A stretch of 64,000 nucleotides of DNA from a virus. Made by a program: the position numbers and the translations under genes. The stretch is taken from positions 1-64,000 of the IMG/VR virus record IMGVR_UViG_3300021438_000010; one strand, 5' to 3'. A model generated the notes under the pieces. The model was not told the origin of the DNA and ran no database searches. It was given only the letters and a program-made list of their open reading frames with translations. Shown here piece after piece: positions 49,632-58,264 of this stretch; the stretch's first letter is position 1, and every line of letters starts with the position of its first letter.

Positions 49632-49964
49632 TTATTCATTAGATTGTAAAATTGTTACACTACCATCTTCATTTAAATTATATGAACCAATTAGTTTATT
49701 GATTTCTACAATGTCTTCTGGACTTATTGAATTAATAAATTGACCAAGAGAATAATAAAATTCAAACACTTTTTTCGCATCTGTTCCTAATTGTTCTGAT
49801 ATTTTTGTCGCATTTACGCCATTAGGATTATTCCAAATATTTTGTATTCCATTTCTATAAACAGTTGTTATATGCTCAAAAGTCTGAGATGTTGTTTTTT
49901 TGAGAACTCTTGTTACTAATTCTGGCATATTATTGTATGTAATACTCATATATATATTCTCCAA
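49632..49964 (-). CDS. Hypothetical protein (follows the beta-helix protein)
   Basis: ORF directly downstream of the tailspike-like gene. Confidence 0.5.
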   Translation of the reverse strand: MENIYMSITYNNMPELVTRVLKKTTSQTFEHITTVYRNGIQNIWNNPNGVNATKISEQLGTDAKKVFEFYYSLGQFINSISPEDIVEINKLIGSYNLNEDGSVTILQSNE

Positions 49965-49970
49965 TTTGTC

Positions 49971-51269
49971 TTAGGGTCCATACTCACTAAACAATCCACC
50001 AACTTGATTTAAACCTGTTCCACTCCACCCTTGATTTTCTTCAAATCCATTGCCTAGAGTAAGGGTATAATAATTGTATATAGTTATTGGTGTACCTTGT
50101 CTAATGTTATTAAGGTGTACCTCATTTGGGTATGGTTCTATCATATAGATTTCATTTTGCCCAGTAACGTGCCAACCGTCAATAGAAAATAATCCCGCAT
50201 CAAAGCTACCAAACCATTGCATAGGAAGATTAGTTATACGTCCATATATATTTTTTAAAAAAATATGATCTATTTTAGGATTTATCCCATTTCCATTTAG
50301 ACCCCTTTTATTAGCATAACCTATTACTCTTATACCGTTTGTTGAATTTAGATAACAACCATCAACGGTGACGTTGTAAATATCTCCACCCATACCTGTC
50401 CATCTAGGGTCAATTAAATTACCTAATCCAACTCCTATCCCAAGATCCATGTTTTCATCAGTATTAAAAGCTATAGAATCATCATCACCATTAATACATG
50501 AATAGTTTTTAATTAACATATTTTTGATGGTTCCATATAAATGAATGCCATCTTTGTTAGTTCCATATACTAAATTTTCATCTCCATCATCCCAAATTGA
50601 CTGTAAATTTTCTATTACAGTATTTTCTAATTCCATAAGAGCTAAAGAATAAGTTTTTGAATTTTTGATAATGACATCTCGCATTATAAAATTTTTACCC
50701 CAACCAATCCAAAATCCTAAATTCCAAATACGACCATTATTTATGGTAGTGCTACTACCATTATATGGATTAGGTTGATTTAACTCCCATTTTGATTGAT
50801 GTGCCGCATTGCAGTTCCAAGTCCCGCCAATTATTGAAATATTATCATGACTTGGTTCTGTTGGCAATACATATCCAGTTGTTAATAAATGCCAATTTGA
50901 ACCCCCAGTTTGAAAAACTCCAGCACCAGAAAGACATCTTATTGTAGTGTTTCTCCATACTCTTAATGTTGATACCCTAGCTACACCGTCTATAATTACT
51001 TCAAGGGGCTTTCCATCTTGAGCTAAATCAAGTATAGCTTGCAGGGCGGCAGTATCATCTGTACCACCTCCAGTATTTATATTACTATTTAATGCACACC
51101 CATGCTTAGAAGCATAAATAACACGGGATGATTGGGGCAAACCATTTTTTATATTCTCAAAAGTTATTTTTTTAGTAACAGGTGGACTTGAATTGTCTAC
51201 TGTAACTAATAAATCATCATTTGTTATAGATGTTGCTGATGGTAGTTCTGTTATTTTTATATTAGCCAT
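49971..51269 (-). CDS. Pectate-lyase/GH28-like right-handed beta-helix protein (tailspike/depolymerase)
   Basis: IKITELPSAT..DDLL..TKKIT fibre-type N-terminus; GGTDDTAALQAILD; NKDGIH..GDDDSIA. Confidence 0.75.
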   Translation of the reverse strand: MANIKITELPSATSITNDDLLVTVDNSSPPVTKKITFENIKNGLPQSSRVIYASKHGCALNSNINTGGGTDDTAALQAILDLAQDGKPLEVIIDGVARVSTLRVWRNTTIRCLSGAGVFQTGGSNWHLLTTGYVLPTEPSHDNISIIGGTWNCNAAHQSKWELNQPNPYNGSSTTINNGRIWNLGFWIGWGKNFIMRDVIIKNSKTYSLALMELENTVIENLQSIWDDGDENLVYGTNKDGIHLYGTIKNMLIKNYSCINGDDDSIAFNTDENMDLGIGVGLGNLIDPRWTGMGGDIYNVTVDGCYLNSTNGIRVIGYANKRGLNGNGINPKIDHIFLKNIYGRITNLPMQWFGSFDAGLFSIDGWHVTGQNEIYMIEPYPNEVHLNNIRQGTPITIYNYYTLTLGNGFEENQGWSGTGLNQVGGLFSEYGP

Positions 51270-51277
51270 GTTAATTT

Positions 51278-51523
51278 TTAGTTATTTGGATGACCACTAC
51301 CAGTAAAGAAGTAAGCCACATCATCAAACCTATTCTTTAGTCTAGTTTCATTAGCAGTATATGAGTAAGACTTTTCGTATTCAAAAGGGCTTACAAGAGC
51401 TTGATAATTTCCACTGCCACTGATTGGCACTCCAAAAAAACAATATACAACGGCTGAACCGTTCTGAATAGTTTCTCTACCAGATACTACGTTGGTAATA
51501 ACGTCTGTTGTTGTTATGGCCAT
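51278..51523 (-). CDS. Hypothetical protein
   Basis: 81-aa ORF with AAGGGG RBS. Confidence 0.55.
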   Translation of the reverse strand: MAITTTDVITNVVSGRETIQNGSAVVYCFFGVPISGSGNYQALVSPFEYEKSYSYTANETRLKNRFDDVAYFFTGSGHPNN

Positions 51524-51535
51524 TTTAACCCCTTA

Positions 51536-52453
51536 TTAAAATATGTCTTTTAAGGTCCAAGCTACTTTTCTTGGAGGAAAACCGTTTACATCACTATATA
51601 CCCAAGAGCCATTTTGTGCAAGCATTTCTGCCGCATCTCTTTCTCTAATCCAGAAACTGCCATCGGGTTGATCTAAACGTTTTTCACCATTGTTCCAAAC
51701 TCCCCAAGAGTTTTGGACTAAGAATAGTGTTTCATCATATATTTCATGGGTATCATCCATCGCTATCCAAGCCATAGCGTGGCCCCACGAACCAGATCGT
51801 GCTGCTATTCCATACTTATCTCTTCTAGAACTAAATCCAGAATTACTGCATACGCTAATGGAATAACCATTAAATAGTGCATCACGCGCTTGATCTATAG
51901 TATTGATCAAACTTATGGTTTTGACTTGATTTTTCTGAGCATACTTAATTAGTTCCTCTGGAACCCCAGAGCGTCCCCATTTACCACCAATTGCACTATA
52001 TTCTGAAAGATCATATTCACCATACTTCTTACGAAGTAGAATTCCACCCGTTTCATGAACGAATCGTGCAGCACCAGCACAAGTCATACCTTCGCCACCG
52101 TGTCCGCGTGAGCCATAGATGCCTTCCGTGGCACCACGGGCTACGAATTCTTCTCGTTCGCCATTTATAATCTCACAGCTACGTGTAATATCTACGCTAT
52201 TTCGCGTAGCATGTGACACACAGTCACCTTGAACCTGCCTTTCTGACGGTCCAAATGCTGGGTCAAACTTTAATAAGGATTTAAATGGAAGTGCTAATTT
52301 TCCTTTACCGCTTCCAGAAAGATCATGTGCTGCCACACCGAATAGTGGATGTGGCAGTTCTCCTAAGAGTTTATCTAACTCTTTTGGATCACAGTATGAT
52401 CCTACAAAGCCTTCTTTATAGGCTTTTAATAAATCTTTAGGTGTTTTAAACAT
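51536..52453 (-). CDS. Papain-like (C1 family) cysteine peptidase
   Basis: Oxyanion Gln and catalytic Cys in QVQGDCVSHA; His in WGHAM; Asn in QNSWG. Confidence 0.85.
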   Translation of the reverse strand: MFKTPKDLLKAYKEGFVGSYCDPKELDKLLGELPHPLFGVAAHDLSGSGKGKLALPFKSLLKFDPAFGPSERQVQGDCVSHATRNSVDITRSCEIINGEREEFVARGATEGIYGSRGHGGEGMTCAGAARFVHETGGILLRKKYGEYDLSEYSAIGGKWGRSGVPEELIKYAQKNQVKTISLINTIDQARDALFNGYSISVCSNSGFSSRRDKYGIAARSGSWGHAMAWIAMDDTHEIYDETLFLVQNSWGVWNNGEKRLDQPDGSFWIRERDAAEMLAQNGSWVYSDVNGFPPRKVAWTLKDIF

Positions 52454-52458
52454 TGTAA

Positions 52459-52683
52459 TTACTTTGTTGTGTTATCTTTAGCCCATTTAACAACAGTATT
52501 AATAACGACCACGGTAACTGGAACAACTAATGCTGTCATGCTGCCAAGGTCTAATTTTGTTAGATTTTCACCAACATATGTTAATAAGGCTGCTAAACCA
52601 ACTAAAGCTGCATTCTTGCCAACTGCAATTAAATCAGTTGTATTTAATGAAAATGCACCAGAACCACATTTGACTTCTGACAT
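52459..52683 (-). CDS. Holin-like small membrane protein
   Basis: 74 aa with two hydrophobic helices and a charged C-terminus (KWAKDNTTK). Confidence 0.55.
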   Translation of the reverse strand: MSEVKCGSGAFSLNTTDLIAVGKNAALVGLAALLTYVGENLTKLDLGSMTALVVPVTVVVINTVVKWAKDNTTK

Positions 52684-52684
52684 T

Positions 52685-53278
52685 TTATGTCTCCTTGAGT
52701 TGAGAAATGCTTACTAAAAATCCTCCATGCTCTTTATCGCTTATCCTATACGGAAATCCCATCATCTTGACTATCTTATCATCTACTGTTTTTACTATTT
52801 TGACTAGCTTTCTATTCATTTTTAAGCAAGATTTCAATTCATCAAAAAGATCTTCTCTATCTTCTTCTTTTATATAATTTAACCAATCATATCCTTCTAC
52901 GCTGTTAACAACATCTTGTGTTAATTCATAAAAGTTATTATTTGTCCAAGTTAGTCTACCGTGATCGTCTGTTTCAAATAAAGCCACATCATTATAATGT
53001 AAGGCAGCTTTCGTTCGTTGTTCTATTACCTTTTGTCTTTTTTCCATTCTATTAATGGTAGATCTTAAGTCTACAATAGCGTCTTTTAAGCTATTTCCAC
53101 CATTAGTTGTGAGTTCTTTTTTGATTGTTTCTAATGATTTACCAAGTTCTTCTTGTCCTTTTACGAAGTTTAATGTAGGTTTAATTGCTTTGACCCACAT
53201 TATGCTAAAAAATGTTCCTAAACCACCAACAATACTAAAAATAAAGGTGATATGTTCTGGATTTTTTATATCTAGCAT
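52685..53278 (-). CDS. Membrane-anchored coiled-coil + PAS domain protein
   Basis: N-terminal TM; ELTTNGGNSLKDAI; PAS pattern LFETDDHGRLTWTN..F.ELT....EGYDWLNYI.EEDR. Confidence 0.75.
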   Translation of the reverse strand: MLDIKNPEHITFIFSIVGGLGTFFSIMWVKAIKPTLNFVKGQEELGKSLETIKKELTTNGGNSLKDAIVDLRSTINRMEKRQKVIEQRTKAALHYNDVALFETDDHGRLTWTNNNFYELTQDVVNSVEGYDWLNYIKEEDREDLFDELKSCLKMNRKLVKIVKTVDDKIVKMMGFPYRISDKEHGGFLVSISQLKET

Positions 53279-53291
53279 ATGTGCCTCCGTA

Positions 53292-53340
53292 GAAAAAAGA
53301 AGGATAAAGTGCCTTAAGATTTCTCAAAAGGCACTTATCC
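53292..53340 (-). terminator. Rho-independent terminator
   Basis: Minus strand GGATAAGTGCCTT...AAGGCACTTTATCC followed by TTCTTTTTT. Confidence 0.75.
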
Positions 53341-53351
53341 AAAATAACGAC

Positions 53352-53966
53352 TTATTCGTTACTATCTTTAGCCTTGTAGGCAACATTACGTGTTGGTAAG
53401 TAAGCTCCAAACATGTAAGTAAGTTCGCCGGGAACTGTTCTACTTAAAGTTGCAGCGTCATCAACTGCTGGATAATTACCGCTTGTTGATTGATAAGTAA
53501 CTGCTGTGCCAGCACCAGTGCCTCTAGTTAAGCCTGGGAAAACACCACTAGATGGAGTTGCAAGTAGATTAAACTTGGTTGTTGCATATGAACCAACCTG
53601 AGTTGTCTTTAGATTCTTGTTGACAACATATTCTGTTGCACCGCCGGGGATTAATAGTGCAGTACTTGCTGAACCATTGATGTTAGTAGCATTGTCGCCA
53701 GCATTTCTTAATAAGAAATCTGTGCCGGGGGCTGGTGTATAGGCAAAAGTACCAGCACTTTTTACCTTTGTAACACCGTGAGGGTCGGTATAATCAAGTG
53801 GAGCAGACGGTGTATCTTGTACAACGGCTGTGCCATATGATTTTACCAATGCTAAATTTGTTCTAATTGATAGATCAGTTAAATTTTCTGATACTGCACC
53901 GGCTTGGATGACAACGCCGCCGTCATTGTTGTACACATTTGCAGAAACTACTTTTTGGGATGCCAT
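53352..53966 (-). CDS. Putative virion structural protein
   Basis: Ala/Thr/Gly/Val-rich 204 aa; strong AAGGAG RBS; has its own promoter-like motif and terminator. Confidence 0.5.
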   Translation of the reverse strand: MASQKVVSANVYNNDGGVVIQAGAVSENLTDLSIRTNLALVKSYGTAVVQDTPSAPLDYTDPHGVTKVKSAGTFAYTPAPGTDFLLRNAGDNATNINGSASTALLIPGGATEYVVNKNLKTTQVGSYATTKFNLLATPSSGVFPGLTRGTGAGTAVTYQSTSGNYPAVDDAATLSRTVPGELTYMFGAYLPTRNVAYKAKDSNE

Positions 53967-54047
53967 AATATTCTCCTTTTAAATTAAAATTTGCAAAATA
54001 ATATGTCCGCATCCTTTAAAGTCCAGTTCCTAAAATTATATACACAT

Positions 54048-54527
54048 TTAGCAGAATTTGTCCTTTATGTTATTAGCTAATTTATGTATTTTACGCCTGA
54101 CGCTTTCTCTATTTTTACCATGTTTTTCAGATATTTCTGATATAGTCATATTACTAATTCTGTCCTCAATCAATTTTTTGTCTTCTTCGTTTTTAAACTC
54201 ATCCATCAAATCTATCATCAAAAAATGATCTCTATCTGATGCAATATTACTATGTAATTTTCCTCCAAATTTATTTTTTTGATCAAACTTAATTTCTTTC
54301 ATGCATTCAATAAAAACACCTTTATATAAATACGTTGTAAACTTTGCACCCTTTGTTTCATCGTAGTTTACAAAAGTTTTCCACAGTGCATTCATCTGAC
54401 AAGTCCTAATTGAATCTGAATCTAATTGATTTCTAAATCGTCTAGAAGCCTTATTCATTATTTTTAATATATTGTCATCTTTCAATGCGTTTTCAATCTT
54501 TACGTTAATACAATCATTCATTTTCAA
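54048..54527 (-). CDS. Phage-encoded sigma70-family RNA polymerase sigma factor
   Basis: Region 2 ALWK...YDETKGAKFTTYLY; region 4 HTH MTISEISEKHGKNRESVRR. Confidence 0.8.
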   Translation of the reverse strand: MKMNDCINVKIENALKDDNILKIMNKASRRFRNQLDSDSIRTCQMNALWKTFVNYDETKGAKFTTYLYKGVFIECMKEIKFDQKNKFGGKLHSNIASDRDHFLMIDLMDEFKNEEDKKLIEDRISNMTISEISEKHGKNRESVRRKIHKLANNIKDKFC

Positions 54528-54972
54528 ATTCTCCTTTTATTAATTTTTGCTCAATATCAAATCTAACATCTTGAAAATCAAACATTTCACCTATTCCAAC
54601 AAAAAATCTATATCTGCTAAATATTTTTAAAATCTCAACGCCGGGAGTTTTATTTAATTTTTCTTTTATTTTTGGTGTTATGTCAAAATTTGTGTGTCCT
54701 ATCCAACAGTCAAAATTAGATAACATTGAAACATCTTCTATTATTTGAGGCGTAAGTGGCATCATTTGGCTTATAGCCATCGATGGCATGTTTTTTTTGA
54801 TTGGCTCTTCATATGAGTCATCGTCATCTTCTTCTTCTTCACCATCTATAGCATCTTCTAGGTTTTGTGCCAACATATTTTGAATTATATTTTGCAATAT
54901 GGGACAAGACAATTGTTTTTCAATATAATCTTCATATTTTTGCCACCCAATCTTTTTTTCAAACTTTGCCAT
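54514..54972 (-). CDS. Hypothetical protein
   Basis: 152 aa with an acidic tract; conserved-looking WIGHTNFDIT..GVE..RYRF. Confidence 0.6.
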   Translation of the reverse strand: MAKFEKKIGWQKYEDYIEKQLSCPILQNIIQNMLAQNLEDAIDGEEEEDDDDSYEEPIKKNMPSMAISQMMPLTPQIIEDVSMLSNFDCWIGHTNFDITPKIKEKLNKTPGVEILKIFSRYRFFVGIGEMFDFQDVRFDIEQKLIKGEFENE

Positions 54973-54986
54973 ATTTATCTCCTATG

Positions 54987-55358
54987 TTAGCGTAAAACGT
55001 CGGATGGTTTTATACATGGTTCCCCATCTTTAAGAGCTTTAGATGATCTGAACTTATTCTTTTGTCCGATATGAGTAATTATTTTAATTAAATATTCTTC
55101 TTGACCATCTGCTATCATGCCATCTTTTACTATTCCCATAGTTTCAATAAATGATCCCTCTTCTGATAAAACATCTAATATATTACATAAGGCATCTATA
55201 CATTTGTCGTTGTATTCTTCTATTTCAACGTCTACTATAGGGGTTTTTGCTCCTTCGATCATACAGTAACTAAGCTTTACTATAGTTTTATTAGATTGAC
55301 TTTGCTGCTGTTCATAAGTTTCATCTGAGTTTTTTTTAAAAAAATTAAATAACATCAA
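54987..55358 (-). CDS. Hypothetical protein
   Basis: 123-aa ORF within the operon. Confidence 0.55.
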   Translation of the reverse strand: MMLFNFFKKNSDETYEQQQSQSNKTIVKLSYCMIEGAKTPIVDVEIEEYNDKCIDALCNILDVLSEEGSFIETMGIVKDGMIADGQEEYLIKIITHIGQKNKFRSSKALKDGEPCIKPSDVLR

Positions 55359-56412
55359 TTATTTTCCTTCCGGTATTTGACCAGCTAAATTGTTTGGCTG
55401 TTTTTACTCCTTCATCATTTTCATTTAACTTTTTGTTCATATTAAGATAATGTATATGCCTCATATGTCTGATGGCGTGTCCAATAGCATTATCATCTAA
55501 TCTAGCCCAATTTCCTTGACCATGAAACCATTTACCATCATATGCTGTTTCAGTGTCTTTGATTGGTATTAGCAATGAATTATTAGAATTACAAAACTCG
55601 GTGTGGGCAGAATAATCGGTTGCAATGACTTGCTTTCCGCAAGACATCATTTCTAATAGTTCTAAGTTCCATCCTTCTGCTCTTGCTGGAAATATGCCAC
55701 AATGCATTTGTCGCATAATATTATACACTTCCTGTTGAGTGCTTTGTCTTGGAATTATATGTATTTTAGATCCTAGCTTTGAATTTTTATATAAATTTAT
55801 CCATTCTCTTTGTTCTTCTTCTGTGCAAAATGGGTTTTCGCACATCATAAAAAGTTCAACATTATCATCTTCATTGAACGCTGAGTTAAAGATATCAATT
55901 AATTTATCGTGGCCTTTGCGTATTTCCCATTTACCGCAGTTAAAAAATCTAGTTGGGGTGTCAACTGGCATCTCGCAGGGTTGGAATATAGATGAATCAA
56001 CTCCAAGTGGTATCACTTTTACTTTGCTGCTAGATATTTTAATATTATTAAGAATTACTTTTTTAGCCCAGTTAGAACAAACAAAAATAATATCCAGAGA
56101 TTGCAGCTGATGTTTTTCTATATCACTAAATTTATCTAATTCAAATATTGGAAATCCAATCCTTTTTCCTCTACCGGCAAATTGAGCCATATCATGTTGA
56201 TGCCATATTTTTATACATGGAGCATTTGAATCAAAAAAGTGTGCATTTTGTATGCATTTTGATATTATATCTATATCTTCTTGGTTTGTAACCTGTGGAT
56301 GACCAATCATAAATAAAGACACATCATTATCTTTACTGAGGGTCTTAACTATGTTCAATCCTGTTATTCCATATCCCAACTGGTTTATGGGGCATGTTAT
56401 ATTAATGTTCAT
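55345..56412 (-). CDS. Glycosyltransferase family 4
   Basis: LGYG, IPLGVD, GKWEIRKG, RAEGWNLELLEMMSCG. Confidence 0.9.
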   Translation of the reverse strand: MNINITCPINQLGYGITGLNIVKTLSKDNDVSLFMIGHPQVTNQEDIDIISKCIQNAHFFDSNAPCIKIWHQHDMAQFAGRGKRIGFPIFELDKFSDIEKHQLQSLDIIFVCSNWAKKVILNNIKISSSKVKVIPLGVDSSIFQPCEMPVDTPTRFFNCGKWEIRKGHDKLIDIFNSAFNEDDNVELFMMCENPFCTEEEQREWINLYKNSKLGSKIHIIPRQSTQQEVYNIMRQMHCGIFPARAEGWNLELLEMMSCGKQVIATDYSAHTEFCNSNNSLLIPIKDTETAYDGKWFHGQGNWARLDDNAIGHAIRHMRHIHYLNMNKKLNENDEGVKTAKQFSWSNTGRKIIDVI

Positions 56413-56969
56413 GTATTATATCCTATATTGTTATATTTAAAAAAGAACCATCTTTTTAGTTTCTTAACATCTGCTTCTTTGTTAATTTCGTCAAGATAAT
56501 TTAATATTTCACTCAAAGAATTAAATATATGTTCGTGGGGTAACATAAAAAATAACCAATTTGGTGCATTCTTTTTCCCTTGTTCGCACCATACTAAAAC
56601 AGGCTTTTTTTGCCTGTTGGCTGTTACTATTTCTTCGTATGTTCCACATGCGTGAATATCTAGATCAATATATGCAATTATAAAATCTGATACATCTACG
56701 CATCTTAAGTCTGCACTTCTTATAATACCAAATTTATCTTTGATTTTGTCATATTGTTCAGTTTCTTTATAATAATCTATCCAGTGTCTTGTTTCTTCAT
56801 CTTCTATTACGCCGTTTATTGGTTTACGACACGGATCAATAACAACAATTCCCATTTTTTGTAATATTCCAGTAATTCTTTGTCTCCAACCAATACCGCC
56901 ATCTGGAACTCTATCCATAGCACCAACCAAATAAGTTCTCATCCCAATAAGATTATTTATTGAATCCAT
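56409..56969 (-). CDS. Nucleoside 2-deoxyribosyltransferase/NMP hydrolase-like protein
   Basis: YLVGAM..WR, VIDP, DLRCVDVSD, GTYEE, KPV. Confidence 0.75.
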   Translation of the reverse strand: MDSINNLIGMRTYLVGAMDRVPDGGIGWRQRITGILQKMGIVVIDPCRKPINGVIEDEETRHWIDYYKETEQYDKIKDKFGIIRSADLRCVDVSDFIIAYIDLDIHACGTYEEIVTANRQKKPVLVWCEQGKKNAPNWLFFMLPHEHIFNSLSEILNYLDEINKEADVKKLKRWFFFKYNNIGYNT

Positions 56970-57360
56970 TATCTATACTCCACCAAACTTTGTGTATTCC
57001 AAGAGATTGTATTATTCTGTCGCATCGTTCACACGGTTGACTGCACCTTAGTTCTCCTCTTTTATTTAGTCTTATTATAACCATTTTTAAACTGCCATCT
57101 ATATAATGTTTGCCCCATAATCTTGATATCAAGTCTGTCTCAGCATGAAAATATGGATATTCTAAATCAGTATTAAAACGTTTTGCAAGCATTAATGCCT
57201 GAGTATGTGTTTTCTCTGGATTGTTTTGACCTATGGCAAGAAGCTTATTTTTTTTATATCCAAATGCAAAATGAAAAAATTTGTTTTTAGTATTTCGTTC
57301 TTCTTTTGCTCTAGGAAGTAAACTCATCGCTATGTCTAGAGATTGATCTAATATGTTCAT
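56953..57360 (-). CDS. Zn-dependent cytidine/dCMP deaminase-fold protein
   Basis: HFAF..IGQN, HAE, SQPCERC. Confidence 0.8.
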   Translation of the reverse strand: MNILDQSLDIAMSLLPRAKEERNTKNKFFHFAFGYKKNKLLAIGQNNPEKTHTQALMLAKRFNTDLEYPYFHAETDLISRLWGKHYIDGSLKMVIIRLNKRGELRCSQPCERCDRIIQSLGIHKVWWSIDNGFNK

Positions 57361-57809
57361 GTAAAATCTATAGTATTAATAGTGACTAGTTTAATAAAAT
57401 CTTGAATACTTGTTACATTGTGCCTATCAAAAACATGCTTTGTTTGATTTTTGGCTTCTGTCTTTTTATATCCAAGTGCTATAAGCGAATTTATACAATC
57501 ATTATAAAGTTGCTCATCACGTTTAGGGGGAGAAGGTGGCAAAGTAGTTGTGGTTGTACTTGTAGTTGCTTCTACCTCTACAATAACTGGCTTAGTTTTC
57601 TTTTGTGGTTTTTTATTTTGAGTTATAGCTTTTGATCTTATTGGTTTTGGCTTTTCGATATATTTGTAATCTTCTATGTATCCAATTACAAATTTGTCAC
57701 AATCGAAAGTTTGGCAATCTAAATAAGCTTTATATGAATAAATGATAACAGCGATTATAAAAATAAAGGCAAAGATGTTACCAATCATTGGATCTGGTTG
57801 TGGATTCAT
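57357..57809 (-). CDS. Membrane-anchored protein with a RuvA C-terminal (domain III)-like domain
   Basis: N-terminal TM; TTSTTTTTLPPSPP linker; DCINSLIALGYKKTEAK..SIQDFIK. Confidence 0.6.
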   Translation of the reverse strand: MNPQPDPMIGNIFAFIFIIAVIIYSYKAYLDCQTFDCDKFVIGYIEDYKYIEKPKPIRSKAITQNKKPQKKTKPVIVEVEATTSTTTTTLPPSPPKRDEQLYNDCINSLIALGYKKTEAKNQTKHVFDRHNVTSIQDFIKLVTINTIDFT

Positions 57810-57827
57810 AGCATTTCTCCTAGCCCG

Positions 57828-57855
57828 ATTATACCTTAACCATCGTCATAGTCAA
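57828..57855 (-). promoter_or_regulatory. Near-consensus sigma70 promoter
   Basis: TTGACT-N16-TATAAT followed by an AGGAG RBS. Confidence 0.75.
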
Positions 57856-57866
57856 GAGGAGAATTT

Positions 57867-57905
57867 AAAAAAAATGGCCCGAAGCACAAGGCAACGGGCC
57901 ATTTA
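57867..57905 (-). terminator. Rho-independent terminator after ssb
   Basis: AAATGGCCCG...CGGGCCATTT stem followed by a T-run on the - strand. Confidence 0.8.
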
Positions 57906-57927
57906 CTAGACAGATTGACTATCCAAT

Positions 57928-58260
57928 TCACTCTTTAGAATCTTGCCCTACAATTCCAGACGGGCCTAAAGAAATTTCATCTGCCATTACGCATATAGAA
58001 TTCTTTTGATTCCCATCCTTATCTTGATAATCATCAATTTTTAACTTTCCTTGAACGCCAACCAATCTGCCCTTTTTTAAGTGATCCTTTAATGCTTCAG
58101 CCATCTTTCCAAAGCAAAGGATATTTAAAAATAGAGTATCTTCATTACGACGATCATTAACTGCCATACGGAACTTTGCCATAGCAGTACCCTTTTGAGT
58201 AGTACTTAGTTCTGCATCTTTTGTTAATCGTCCACAACCAAGCCACGTATTAATATTCAT
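57928..58260 (-). CDS. ssb: Single-stranded DNA-binding protein
   Basis: GRLTKDAEL..F.MAVN..FGKMAE..LKKGRLVGVQGKL..YQDKDG. Confidence 0.92.
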   Translation of the reverse strand: MNINTWLGCGRLTKDAELSTTQKGTAMAKFRMAVNDRRNEDTLFLNILCFGKMAEALKDHLKKGRLVGVQGKLKIDDYQDKDGNQKNSICVMADEISLGPSGIVGQDSKE

Positions 58261-58264
58261 GCTA

